Shown: positions 29,130 to 43,336 of the stretch, piece after piece | How positions within the stretch are numbered: position 1 is the first letter of the stretch | Layout of the letters: each line of letters opens with the position of its first letter | NCBI GenBank assembly: GCA_951406725.2 | Contig: OX597814.1 | Span: 145,824,001-145,888,000, forward strand | Length of the DNA stretch: 64,000 nucleotides | Source: Octopus vulgaris | Taxonomy: Eukaryota | Direction of reading: 5' to 3' | Notes under the pieces: model-generated | Database searches by the model: none | Seen by the model: the letters and a program-made list of their open reading frames with translations, nothing else | What the model was told of the DNA's origin: nothing | Translations under genes and position numbers: made by a program

Positions 29130-29800
29130 CATTCATCGCCACTTATTCCTAGGATCGTTGTGGAGGCAGAGTATTCAAGTATGTTTTCCATTGCGTCTTA
29201 CCAGAAGCATCTGTATCCAACCAATCCGATTGTATCCCTAAGCAAGACCAACCAACTTCTGGATGTTCTCCCACTAACTTGTTCGCGGTTTTCCTAAGAG
29301 TTTCCCATTAGTTGTTTTTTTTTTATCCATAAAATCTATCCAGCGATTCCTTTTTTCCTTTCTGAGTTACTCTTGCCAAACATCCTTGGTTTTGAAATTC
29401 TGATCTCTCGATTCGGGGAAGTAGCTGAAAAGTAGCATCTCTACTTGGTACGCCTCCATTATCTCCGCGCTACGCACTCTATTAGGGTTGCTCTTGTGAC
29501 CCTTAAAGGGATCCCATTTCTTCAGCAGCTCCTGCAACTTTTGCACTTCATTCAGCTTCTTGCCTTCCATCACTTGTTAAAACGGCTCCGTGTTACTTGA
29601 AATGTCTTCAGCTGCTTCAGTGGAACTCCCTCACATATAGATTGCATTGCGCCGGCTTCCTTCAGAGGACGAATGTCTCAGTCTTTGCAGCCCTGATTTT
29701 CGTTCCTGCCGAACAGCATTCGACCACAAACTTATCAAGTGCAGATCGGAAATCACCTTTCGACGAGTCGAGTGGTATTTGCAGCATTGTTACAGACAAT
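29130..29800 (-). mobile_element. Degenerate RTE-like LINE 3' fragment
   Basis: Minus-strand remnants LDKFVVECCSAGTKIRAAKTET and GVPLKQLKTF resemble the RT C-terminal region; ends WKTYLNTLPP. Confidence 0.5.
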
Positions 29801-29870
29801 AAAAGCGTTCATATGCAATATGAAAGACTCTATCATTACATATACATATACGTATGTGTGTTTGTATGTA

Positions 29871-29920
<50 letters not shown>

Positions 29921-29928
29921 TATATATA

Positions 29929-29964
<36 letters not shown>

Positions 29965-30604
29965 ATCAAACCCATTAGCAACTGCGCACTCACATACACA
30001 TGTATCTTAAAAGCATGGTTCGAGGTGGTTTCTTCTTTGAAACGTTATGAAAAATATTATATAAACTCTGCTATTTATCGCGTTGTGATCATTACATTTT
30101 GCAATCTTGTTTCTAACGTCTATGAATAAAGACACATGACTCTATATGCCTGTATGCATTTATACATGCATACATAAATACATATATACATACATACATA
30201 TATGTGTGTGTATATAATACACACACACACGTATATCAAAATGTGTACAAGGACATGACTAACTGTGTCTAGGTGTTCCAATTTGTATTTGTGCGCGCTC
30301 CTTATCTTTCTCTCTCTGTATATGTGTGTTTGTGTGTGTGTGTGTATGTGTGTGTATGTGTGTGTGAGTTTAATTTAATGTGAAAGATGAACAGATGTCA
30401 TAATTGTAGGTAGTTTTTGGGATTTAGGGAGTATGGCAAATCGTAGGAGTCGTTAGAATTTTGAGTCTGTTGTCAGTTGATGGCTACAGTGTTTACTGCA
30501 GTACGGTAGACCATCAAAATTCTTCCCGCTCCCCTTAATGCATTTTCTTTCCCTCTTTTTCTTCATTCTTCTTTATCGTTCATATATTTAATGATTGCTT
30601 TTAC

Positions 30605-30822
30605 ATCTAGCACAAGGCTAGCAATTTCAGGGATGGGATTAGGTCAGTTATATCGACTCCAGTGAGTACTGTAGTACTTACTGAGTTCTTATTTTATCGG
30701 GCCCGAAAGGATAAAACGCAAAGTTGACCCCGGTGGCATTAAAATCAGAACGTAAAGACGGATAAAATACCGCTAAGCATTTTACCAGGTGTCCTTAACG
30801 ATTCAGCCAGTTCGCCGCTTTA
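30605..30822 (-). mobile_element. SINE family B
   Basis: CCGAAAGGATAAAACGCAAAGTTGAC...GCCAGTTCGCCGC. Confidence 0.75.
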
Positions 30823-31553
30823 GTAATGCTATAAATACACCAATGTCTCACATTCCGCCGATCCGCTTTATGAGATCCCGGGTTTACGGGTTTTATTTTT
30901 TAACCAGAAGATACAAATTTTGAACGAAATGCTTCTGCGTGTTACCGAGAAATTTATGGAGAGCAAAAACAAGTTTCTTTTAAGCAAACAACTCTGAGTT
31001 GTTTATTAAAATGAAATCTACAAGTCCGTGTACGAATGCTTGCGAATCGGCGATCGTATCTGTTTGTGAATCGGTGAAGGGGAGAGCGAGTCGAATGTAT
31101 GTAATTTTTCCACCGGAAATTCTGTCCCCGGTGTTTCAGAAAACGATAGTAATAATAATATTTTTAATATAAATGATCTTGAAAATCTTGTTACTTTACA
31201 TAAAATATTTATTACATTCTACTGTTGTTTTATTGTCATTTATGTACGAGTATTGTAAATTTTATAGGTAAAATATTTTTCCGGGAACAATTTATAACAT
31301 TGCTACTATGGGGAGGTGTTGCTCTGCTTTACGAGTTTTCGCCTTACGAGCGGTCTCTGGGAACAAATTAACTTGTATACCGAAGTATTACTCGATTGTC
31401 TTTTCCCTCTCCGTTGTTGGCATTATCATTATGATTACTGGTAATCTTTGCTACTACTACACCTTCGGCATTTGTCATTTCTAATATTACCACTCCTGCC
31501 ACCATCACTACGACTAGAACAACTGCCTCTTGAACTGCTGTCACCATGCGACT

Positions 31554-31783
31554 GCGGCGAACTGGCAGAAACGTTAGCACGCCGGGCGAAATGCTTAGCA
31601 GTATTTCGTCTGCCGTTACGTTGTGAGTTCAAATTCCGCCGAGGTCGACTTTGCCTTTCATCCTTTCGGGGTCGATAAATTAAGTACCAGTTACGCACTG
31701 GGATCGATCTAATCGACTTAATCCCTTTGTCTGTCCTTGTTTGTCCCCTCTATGTTTAGCCCCTTGTGGGCAATAAAGAAATA
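31554..31783 (+). mobile_element. SINE family B, full length
   Basis: Near-identical to 14028-14260. Confidence 0.9.
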
Positions 31784-32241
31784 TATTATCGCAAGAATAA
31801 AAATTACTGCTACTGCTATTAGTACTACTACTCACACTTGCCACTCCTTGAAGCCTTCAGCCTTCCGACTCATTGTATTCTTCAAATAACGTGGCAGAAG
31901 GAAGAGATAATGAAGGGAGGAAGAATGAAGTGATATATGAAACCCAGCTGATTCCAAATATCACTGACAACTGACCAGTTAGGCGCACCCAACTAAAACG
32001 AATGACCAATGCAAATAAAAATAAACACAAAAACACCCCGATAAACATACGCGGTATTTTTGTGAATTTTTATAATCAGATGAAATTTTTGTCGGAGAGC
32101 TGGTTGCAGTTTCTAGCGACAAAATTGCTGACACCATATAACAAATAAACGTCCAAGTGAAGTTGACGGTCTTTGTGTGTTTCTAAATGGCTAATTTACG
32201 TCTTCGACACTGCAATCACTATCTTCCCATTCCCTCTCTCG

Positions 32242-32288
32242 GACAGTCTGATGAGGGCTAAGCAGGCCAAATCTTCTAAGTCACTATC
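32242..32288 (+). ncRNA. Decayed hammerhead ribozyme remnant
   Basis: GACAGT-CTGATGA-GGGC(TAAGCA)GGCC-AAAT-CTT-CT-AAG-TC^-ACTATC; stems I and III and a GUC site are present but GAAA reads AAAT. Confidence 0.5.
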
Positions 32289-34194
32289 GATACTATTGAT
32301 AAAACGCAATAAATATGTATTCAACAAAAAAAAGTAATCAAAATTGCTTTTACTATAACTTGACATTAAAAAGTCCATTTATTTGTATGTGAATGTATAC
32401 ATGTGTGTGAGTGTGTGTGTGTGTGTGTGTGTGCTTATAGAGAAACAAGCGTGAGAAAGTCTGGGAAAGCGCAGAACGAAAGGAAGTTGTAAATGTGTTA
32501 TAATTTGTCATATCACTTAGAGATATATTTAAGGTAACAGAAAAAGAAAATATAAAGGTAAAAACAGACTTATCTTTCCTTTAACTTGTTTCCAGCTGAC
32601 CGTCGTTTGCCCGTCGGAGTATTATTTGATTGCGTGCCGATAATGGCAGCAAAATTAGACGTTTAAAATAATTACTAAATGTAGAATAAGTACTGAGGTC
32701 AAATTGATCTTATGACGCCCTTAAAGAGATAGCAGAACATGACGAAAGACTTATACTGGAGACCATAAAAATATAAAATCTGCAGCGGATTTGAAATATA
32801 TTAGACTTCATCGACAGGTACCCGAAATACCAGAAATAATACTGATTAACGGCTTGTCTTTAAAGATATCCTTAGTTTTCTATATTATTTGATTGTGTAT
32901 TAAATCTATATAGCTGAATATTGTGACTTAATATATCCTGTGTGAAAATAGAATTATTTAATATAACAACGAGAGAAACCAATTTCACAAGACCAAATGA
33001 AAACTGGCTTCTGTCGATGTGAATAAGCACAAGTAAAATATAATGTCATAGGCGTCAAATAATCTACCGCCAGAATGTCTATCGCATGTAAATAAGATAT
33101 TATTGAAAAAGACCGTAAAATATCCTGTTAGGGTAGCCATTACAAGTAAATCTTTCTAAATATTTTCTAAAGAAAATAAAGGTTGTCAATTTAGATAAAA
33201 ATGCTTTATTTATTTCTCATCATTTGCTCTCGCTTATTACTATCGTTATTATTATTGCCATTATTATTACTATTACTACTATTATTATATTGCACATAAA
33301 TGAACAGTTATCTATTTATGACCTATCGTGCCATATAATATATCGTATTTCAGAATATGACGTTTATATTGTAAATCATATACATATAAGTCCTACAAGT
33401 TGCGCACAGAAAGGAGAAAATTTTTATGTTTGATTGGTCGTTCACTGGTAATAAAATGAATTGCACATTGCTTTCAAGACGTCCCTATTTTAAAATGTTC
33501 TATTTATAAAAACTTAGAAAGTCATAATTCCTAATTGTATAATCTTCCTTGCATTCATCTGTACTTCTAGCATAATAATAGAGATACAGAGTAAAAGAAT
33601 TTCCTATATAAAATATTTTCGTTGGTTAATGTTACAAACAACTTGTTACCTTCAAGCAATTTTCATACCATTTTCCATGCACTTACAGTCCTTGCATCGA
33701 CTGTGGATCGTAATGAAGAATGAATCGAATGTCTTATCGTTAGTGCAACAAATAATGGCATATAGTAACGCCTAGACCAAGTAGACCTATAGTTAAACAC
33801 ACATTGCTTAGATCTTCAAGCCTGTCTGGAATGACATAATCCAGTTTGTCTATGTTTATGAAATGTCTAGAGATTGATCAGTGATATGAATGTTTATGAA
33901 TGTATTTATCGGGAATAGTTTTCTACCGTTCGTACATCAGCACATATATCAAAGTCCTGATATAGTCCATTCCGGCTCGTTTACCTTTCTTCATATCCAT
34001 CAGTATGTGTGTGTTTGCGTGGGTCTGTTTGTGTTTGTTTATGCATATGTATTGTGTGTTTGTGGAAGTCGGTCGGCTGATGATCATAGGTTTGTGAGTT
34101 AGAATTGCGGTGGTGCGTTATTTCCTTGAGCAGGACACTATTTAACGTTGCTCCAGTCAACTCGTCAAAATATGTTTCTTGTATTAGTTACAAA

Positions 34195-34390
34195 TTTTCG
34201 CACAAGTTCCGTAATTTCGAGTGAGGCTGTGAGTCGATTACATCGTCCCTAGTACTTAGCTGGTACCGATTCCAAAGGGATGAAAGGCAAAGTTGACATC
34301 GGTGAAATTTTAACTCGGGAGTTGAAGACGGAGGAAAAGCTGCGGAGCATTTTCACCGGCGTGCTAACGATTCTGGCAGCTCACCGCCTT
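34195..34390 (-). mobile_element. SINE family B, diverged
   Basis: GGATGAAAGGCAAAGTTGAC...GTGCTAACGATTCTGGCAGCTCACCGCCTT. Confidence 0.75.
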
Positions 34391-36414
34391 GCGCTTACTC
34401 TTATATGTATGAAGTTGTTGATATCTGCATAGAAGAATATTCAATATACTTATGTATGGATTATGATATATTTCTGAATGCAATTTAAAATATTTTATGT
34501 AAGGAGCGTGTTGATAAAATATTGCAAATTCTAGTTACATGAGTAAGATTGTGAATAAGAATGCACATATATTTGATATTCATTTTGTACATTTTAATTT
34601 TTTTATCATCTCCTCCAATATTTCAATAGTTAACCGAAATGAATTAGACGTTAAACCTCACCTAGATTCATACAGTGCTTGATTTCCGGAACATTATATC
34701 AAATATATGTTTTGTCTTATTGTTTCATTGGTGTGATATTAATAGATTATTGTTGACAGGTCAGGATTTGTGTGTGAAAACATTTGTTCTCTAAAAACAT
34801 ACATGGTTTTCGCAGTTCGGCTAATTATTGAATCAGTATAGAACAAGTCGCAAAAGTTTTCAGATTTATATTTAGTATTTATCCTAAATTTATGAAGACA
34901 CATCGATAGTTAACACACATACAAATATATATACGTACAAAAATGCATGTATATATAATTTTCTTTTTAGAAGCAAAAAACTTGTAAAGTCTTTTAAATT
35001 TTATAAAAATCATTCTACGCTGTCAAATGATACATACTTATGAAGTGCATTTTTCAGTTCACATCATTCAATTACGCTTAGCAACATATAACTATAGTAC
35101 ATGAACATACAAACGTTTCAAATACTTGTTGTATAAAATTATCGTAACCTCACTACACAAAAAACAATACATATTCCTGCAACTTTATTTTTATTACAGA
35201 TACACTTACATACATGTATATATTTTTCCCGACTACTAGCTGACATAGTTCTATATTTAAGAGACGATGAATTATGTACATTATTTAAATTATTTACATT
35301 ATTTATATTTGACGGATATTTGTCCTCATCCTGTTTGTTGTTAACACAATGCAGAAATAAAAGGTCACTTACAATTAGGCGGTTAATATTTAAAACCAAA
35401 TCACATGTTAATTATTATCAAATAATGAAACTCACAAGTTCCCATAGTCTATAAAATATGCTAAATAAGCTTTACATAGACATTAAAGCTATATAGTTCC
35501 TATTATTGTGAAACAATTTAAAAGAGTATATTGGGTACAATATATGCTCGGTCCGCTAGAAAATTAATACCATGAGTAAAGATTCTTTAATTCAAACAAT
35601 TTATTAGACATACTTAAAAAGAAATAACAAACTACCCTAAGATAATAATGAAATACTAATTAAATCTAATCATTAAAAATAATAAACAAAAGTATATTAA
35701 CTAAAAGTCGGTGCAAAAAATATTATTACGATCAAGTTTGTGCTTATATTACATTATCCTTAAATTAGATTATTCCTATCAATAAATCTAATAATTCAAA
35801 AATTATAGTCAAATAATATATTAACTTTAAGTGGGTGCAGCCATCCAATTTCAATCAATGGGCAACACTTACGGTTCTATACAGTACAACAAATTTATAC
35901 AAATATCACCTGGTAAGCGCAGCTAACATAAATCTAAAACAAACAGACACATACAATTTAAGGTGGGGGAGGGTGGACATACAGTGCAAAAATGAATAGA
36001 GAAATAATAACATATAATAAGACATAAACAATAAAATGAAAAAGATGAATAAATCAACCATGAGGTTAATATTGTTCGCAAATATGTAGGGCTATTAATG
36101 TACATTAAAATGGGGAAAGGCAGTGAGTGCAGGAAAGAACAATAAGTTAATAGCGAAATAAGTTCAAAATCAAGTAAGTGTCGACAAACACATGAATGGT
36201 ATAAAGGGTGCTAGAGGGTAAAGAAAATAAACAAGTTAGAGAAAGCTAAAATTTTAATTTAAATAAGATTTAGGATCTGAATTAGTTATTAGCGGTAAAA
36301 GACTACATCGTAAAAAACTAAGACCTTTGTGTTCTTGGATCAGTTATGATTGAAATAATAGGCATTAATATAAGTGGATTTGTTAGACGGAAACTAACTG
36401 AAAGACGCTTGTAA

Positions 36415-36488
<74 letters not shown>

Positions 36489-39400
36489 AATTTAAAGTGA
36501 ACAGAAAATGGAGAAATATTGATCAACAACAATTGACTAACATCAATAATTACTTCTTTACTTTTACATCCAAATAGGTTGTATTCCATCTGTTTCCAGT
36601 GTTGCACTGTATCACCATTGAAAATTCTGAAAATAATATTCATGGTATTTAGTAACACATCCGATCTGGAACATGGAGCTTTATCAGAGTGAAGAAAAAT
36701 ACATAAAAGAAAAGAAAAGCCTCAAGAAGAAGAGCCTCGAGAAGAAGATGAAAAGTTTAGTATATTTAAATCATACCATTTTGCATATGTTTCGCTTCAG
36801 GATGTTGAGTAAATAACTAAACTTAAAATATTAATTCGTGGGTTAATTTTACTATGGGGGTAACAGGGTGTATAAGTAATGAAAAAAGTAAAATTAAAAA
36901 ATTACCAGAACGGGATATGCCGATAGATTTAGGCAAAGAGGCAGTGAGAGTGCCATAATAGTTCTTAAAATTATGCTAATAGTACTAATTAATAAATTAT
37001 CATAATAAAGTGCTCATCAATTAATTACAATTACTTACTGATATGTTGTAAAGACCAACTACCTATTGTCCGTAATGGAATTGACCAAGGTCTAGCTTTC
37101 GATATAATGGGTCAGTTAAATTTAAAAGCAACAGGCAAGCTATTATGACCGTTATACGGGTAGGTATAAATAAATACAAATACAAATATGGAAAAGTAGT
37201 GTATGCCATAAGTGGCCCAAATCGCTTAGGACATTGTATATATAAAAAAAGTAAACATTTAAACACGCACAATGCGAAGGAATGAACAACGCCAGAGAGG
37301 GATTTCTTTGGACAGTTATGAATTAAGGCGGTTGATGGGACGGGGAATAGACAAATGCTTTATAAAATAGGAGTGTGAAATTAGTAGAGAAAGAAAGGAA
37401 TTAATTAGTAGAAAAGGAAATAGAGAGGTAGTTAAAGGCGAAAACAAGAAAATTAAAGAAAATATTAATTAAATAATTGAACTTACATGATTTAAATTTG
37501 GAATTATTGAAATAATTGAACTTTCATGATTTTAATTTGGAAATTTAAAATCTCAGTATAATCTTTACTGAATGCTTAACCCTACAGGAAGTAAAGCTAG
37601 ATAAGTTAAATAAGATGTGTTATGCAAGTTATATGAGGAAAAGCACCTCAGAAAAGTATCTTTCTACCTTTCTCTAACTTCCTGTTTTACACACACACGC
37701 ACAAACACATACATACACATACATACGCACAGAAACACACATTTTATATCCATTCTGACTGAGACATCATCATACACATTGAATTGCTTTCTCCAATTGA
37801 TATCCTGCTGTGAGAATTTTGCCAAGCTATTCAGTGTTACACACTTACAATGACGTTGGAAAAAGCAGCATGTGCACATCATCTCTGCAGCCAGTGATTT
37901 CCTCTCTAGATCGCGTTATGACAGTGTGAAATCATAGAACACTCTGACGAACACTATATCAACTTTTGTGTGAAACTGGGCTCGGTTTTATCATGTACTA
38001 TCCTCATCTTAGTTGTCACCGATTTAACTGCTGTCAACTTCGGCAACGAAAAATTTTATGCACCACCATCCACAAGTGACATAGACACCTCTTGGCGTAT
38101 CTGCTATGACACCATGACCACGAACATAAAGGGCAACCTCCAGCAGGCTGATGATAGTTCATTTCACTCGCAGAATAAAACTCAATCATTACATATGATC
38201 GCAGTTCTATGAGTCCGAAGATCATGAAGATATGTTGTACGCCTTCAAGTGGCTATGTAAACCGATTCATAGGGATTTCTTCTTGCTTGCGCTTAATTAT
38301 TTTAAAATTAGAGTCAGTCTGACTTGTAGGTTTGACCACAGTGGCTTAGCGACCTAAGACGGCTTCCTTGCAGTGATGAAGAGCTTCATAAACACTGGAG
38401 TTAACGGAGGGGTGTCAAAGAAAGCATCGGGCCACTTGAGAGAATTTACTTTTCGACTTGCCGTCGAAGCTGATTCCCCATGCCTTTTCCTTTACCAAGG
38501 CACTCATAATGTAGTGAGGGTTTGTGCTTGGAGAGTCTTCTATAATATACATGCTAATTCCCTCCTAGCTGGGGCTCTGACAAGTGCTACTACTATGTCA
38601 GAGTAGAAGTGCGAATAATAGCGGCTAAGAGGTGGTTCCAGCTTCTCAAAACCTTTGGACTACCGAATTAGGGCCTCACTACGGTATGCAGTTCAAAGCC
38701 ATACGGAACATACCATTATATATATATATCAGAAATAATCCATCTAATCATGAGCCGATGCGTTAGTTTCAAATTCTATCCTTCATTATTCTAAGCATAC
38801 TCTGTGATAGCAAACGAATATCCTCATCAAAGCAAAGATTCCGACTCAAATGCAGCCTTTCTTTTCAGTATATGAAGATAATTCTGTACTTATCCATAAA
38901 ATATTATGCATCAATTAAAAATATCAAATAAGTAGTTCCAGAAACACAAACACATGAACTACATCAAGAGAAAAAGTTACTCGACTTATCTAAACGCAGC
39001 AATATCAAATAAGTATTTTTCTAACACTACAAAGAATTCTTTCAGTCAGGTTTGCATTAGTGTTGTGTATTTTCTTTGTGGTTTAGTTAAGTTTGCATAT
39101 GCTGGAAAATGTTTTCTCTGCTGACTTAAAAAGAAAGCTTCAAGAAGAAACTAAAATCACTTCGCATTTTCATGTTACTTGATGTTAACGCCGTACATAA
39201 AACATTTGTTACTTTTGACAATTTCCTGTATGTTGAAATAAGAAAAAATAGTTCTATCCTTTTGTTATTTAAGAATGAGGTCAACAAAAGTTTTGTAGCG
39301 AGATGCCGTTAAGAAGGTACTGAAGTTTTATTGTAATCTAAGTTTTCTGTACATTTAATAAGAAAATAATATTCTGCCGATTGTTAGGATCGTAAGGACG

Positions 39401-40517
39401 CTAGAACTTCTGAATTGGTTTATTTGTTCCGGTTATTGCATACTGAATTCAAAACTCAGCATATTTGAGATGACCAGTAAGCTTCATCGTCACCTAATTT
39501 AGCGCTACATCCGGGAACTTTTGTTACTTTTATTGGAGTCTTATGGAATGTAACCTGGTCAAATCTTAAGCTTAACGGCACCTTCCTCTTTCCTCCTAAC
39601 TAGTCTTGGTAGACATGAAATGCAAAGCTAGTACTTCAATAATACTTATTTAGTCAACCAAAAATATATTTAAAAAAAAAATACAAAGCCAACCTTGGTT
39701 GGATTTGAAGTCAAAACGAGTTGGTACGCAACTAAAAAGATGCAAATTACAGTCTTAGACCCTCTACCAAACCTGTTAATCCAAAGCATTTCGAAAAAAC
39801 CGTTGCTATTGTTATCGTAAAATATTAATCAAATTTAACATCATACCATTAACAAATTCATTGATTTGTAAAGAAAGGCTAGTCTAGTTTATTTTGTTTT
39901 CCCTCGAACTATGTGTAACGTATTCCACATCAAAGAGTTAATCGCCAGCCACTGGAAATGAGCGTATTGCGAACAGCCTGGGATTAGATAAAGTTCTGTT
40001 TGAAATTTACATATGCTTATAATCGCTTCAAAATTACATTAAGAAATTAATAAAACATGCAGAAGGAAAATCTCCACGGAAACACTGACTGACTGATATG
40101 AAAATAGGATAAACGGTTCAATAAGCACAAACTTACCAAAAATGTAAAAACAAAAAAATACAAAGAAACAATTAAAAACAAAATAAAACTAACTAAATAA
40201 CTACTGAGACTTACGAACGATTCGTCATATGCAAATACACAGTTAATATTACACGAATATTATATATTCTTTCTGCACACACACAAAACCACATACATAC
40301 ATACACACACATATACACAAGCACACACTCGCACTCACAAAAACACTCTCATACATTTACAAATATATGCTTATCTCAATTCGTCTCCCTGTATCTGTTT
40401 GTCTCAGCTACTCTACATATATCTCTCTTGATTTCATTTTTTCTAGCTGTATATTTTCACTCTCACATATATGCGCACACACATACACACACTTACACAC
40501 ACATATATAGGCACATT

Positions 40518-40548
<31 letters not shown>

Positions 40549-40608
40549 TTATATATATATATATATACATATATATACACATTTATATATACATATATAT
40601 ATATATAC

Positions 40609-40686
<78 letters not shown>

Positions 40687-42174
40687 GCATATACACACGA
40701 ATACACATACACACGCACACAAATATGATTACACTCACATATATACGACATATATAAATACATATTCGTATATATCTACACATATTTATATGTGTGTGCG
40801 TGGGTCTGTTTGTGTGAGACTGTCTTGTTGTATCTGTATGTGTGTACATATATCATCTGTATATGAAAGAACGTATACACATACATAATTACATATACAA
40901 CAATCTGTGTGAGATAAAAATACGTTTACGCCAATATTAGTACTAGATATGATATTTCCTGACGGCAGAATGACTATAAGCTTATTAAATGTGCCAAGAA
41001 GACATTCATACTAAATGTCTGTTATAAGATGAGATTAAATTATTTAATCCTCAAATCCTGAAGCTTTTTCATTTATGTCTTTTAAGTTAGAGAACATTTT
41101 ACTTCAGATTGATGTCATTTTGCTGTTTCAATGTAATGAAGCTGGAAACAAGATAGCAGGAAAGGAAAGTAGAGATAGAAAAAAGATCCATGCGTACGCA
41201 GTACTTTCTATAAAGTAGAGTATCTTTCTAATAGAAATACAAAAGCCTCTCTCTCTCTCTCAATAGAATTAAGATAAAAAAGTTTAATGCTGACTTTTAA
41301 ACAAGTTTTGCTTTCTGTTACTATTCTACTTACAATTTAGAATTGGAAAGAGCGTGTTAGTAAGTCATGCCCTTCCTTCGGCTCTAAGGGATTGTTCTTT
41401 GGGGTTGTTCAACATAGAGAAGACCCTCATGGATTGGACAGGTAACAACACAGTGACCCTGCTTCACATGACAGAAAATAGATGCCAGTGATAATGGCTA
41501 ATTACGAAAGCGCCTAGAAGGGCACCCGAACGAGTGTCCGCATCAGTTAAGGGATATTTATGATGGTGATTGTATGGCACTGTGTTTTATTGGAAGCGAG
41601 ATCACACTGTTGCTTATAAATAGATAGACTGACCTGAGAAGATCCAGGATTCAAAATGTCTCTAGAGACATTAATTTTCTCATTGCATGGAAATATAGGA
41701 TTTCAAATGAAGAAAACTTGGTTTCTATAACTGAAAATAATCTTTTCTTTCCTGTCTGAAAATACTGCATCAGGAATGAGTTACTTTTATCTATAGGCTG
41801 AAACAGCTGTAAGTTATTTTACCAATTTATATTAATGTTTTTTTTTAAAATAATTAGTGGTATCCTTATCTTATATACAACGAATAATATGCTATATGTA
41901 TGTATGTTATTATAATTATCAGTTTAATAAATAAGTTAACATTTTTAATGTCCAAAAGTTGATGAACCACCTATTGTTCAGCACCATTTTCTTATTTGCA
42001 ATATAAATTAATGGTTAAATATCTCTTTACCTTCACTCATTTACTACAGTAGGTAATGTAATTGCAATGCAATAAAAAACACTGTGTATTAATAATTGGG
42101 TATCCTACCAACAGTATATTGGATAAATATTAGTGGGTTGGATTCACAGCCCCTAACTTTCTTGGAGTTATATA

Positions 42175-42248
<74 letters not shown>

Positions 42249-42465
42249 TAATGTAGGATAAAATTGTTTTCGTGAACAATTTTTTATCAATGGCCAGCGT
42301 ATCAAAAAATACCTTTAAAGGTTAAATTTATAAATAATTTACAAGATAAGGGCAAAAGAAAAATTCTAATGCCAAATATGCCGAAAAAAAGACAATTATT
42401 GTCAATAACCATTATAATTTATGCCTCTCGAAACAAACCGATAGAAATTTCTAAAAAATCCGTTA

Positions 42466-42525
42466 TTACCGTATTGGTCCAATTTCGGGGTTAATTCATA
42501 AGAATTTTCCCCTCTTCAGCGATAA
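42466..42525 (-). ncRNA. Type I hammerhead ribozyme with canonical core
   Basis: Minus strand TTATCG-CTGAAGA-GGGG(AAAATTCTTATGAATTAA)CCCC-GAAA-TTGG-A-CCAA-TA^-CGGTAA; all three stems pair, AUA site. Confidence 0.85.
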
Positions 42526-42923
42526 ATACGTGGGATATAAGTGAAATACTTATTCATACCCATGGAAAAAGCAAGCACTAAGTCCTGAGCAGACCTAAGT
42601 AACCCAAATATATCCAAAATAGAAAATCTTCGGCACATCTCGAGACACGTGATTCGAACTAGAAACTTTCACAGAGTGAGAGAATCCGGAAGTGAACACT
42701 ATTCAATTTATAACTAATGTAGGATAAAATATCCAAAAAAATGTTATCCTACATTAGTTGGATTCTCTCACTCTGTGAAAGTTTCTAGTTCGAATCACAC
42801 GTGTCTCGAGATGTGCCGAAGATTTTCTATTTTGGATATATTTGGGGTACTTAGGTCTGCTCAGGACTTAGTGCTTGTTTTTTCCATGGGTATGAGTAAG
42901 TATTTCACTTATATCCTACGTAT

Positions 42924-42983
42924 TTATCGCTGAAGAGGGAAAAATTCTTATGAATTAACCCCGAAATTGGACCAATACGGTAA
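42924..42983 (+). ncRNA. Type I hammerhead ribozyme, mirror copy
   Basis: TTATCG-CTGAAGA-GGGA...CCCC-GAAA-TTGG-A-CCAA-TA^-CGGTAA; predicted cleavage after 42977. Confidence 0.82.
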
Positions 42984-43285
42984 TAACGGATTTTTTAGAA
43001 ATTTCTATCTGTTTGTTTCGAGACACATAAATTATAATGTTTAATGACAATTTTTGTCTTTTTTTCAGCATATTTGGCATTAGAATTTTTCTTTTGCCCT
43101 CATCTTAGCCGAAATAAGATTAAGATTAATGTAAAAAATAAATAACACTGAAGCAAAGTAACACCAAATATATAGTGCGTGTGATTTTATTGGCTAAACT
43201 GGCAAAATGACCGTTCCGAAATATAACAATATCTGTTTCAACACACGACTTCACATAAAAGATCTTGCACAACAAATATATAAAC

Positions 43286-43336
<51 letters not shown>

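Larger units (their letters stand above)
42245..43106. mobile_element. HHR-bearing foldback element abutting (TA)n (Penelope pLTR/retrozyme-like)
   Basis: 42343-42687 is the reverse complement of 42760-43106 with few substitutions; 19-nt direct repeat AACTAATGTAGGATAAAAT at 42246 and 42712. Confidence 0.9.

Noticed and set aside
36780-36806. Minus-strand CTGAAGCGAAACATATG resembling an HHR core
   Set aside because: Stem II is absent and there is no UH cleavage site or convincing stem I.
37970-38720. GC-richer block with short ORFs
   Set aside because: Probably a decayed LINE, but I could not read a diagnostic motif, so it is not called.
41750-41830. GAAACAGCTGTAAG identical to the 3' half of the 27.6-kb HHR
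   Set aside because: No CUGANGA or stem II in register upstream; at most a decayed remnant.
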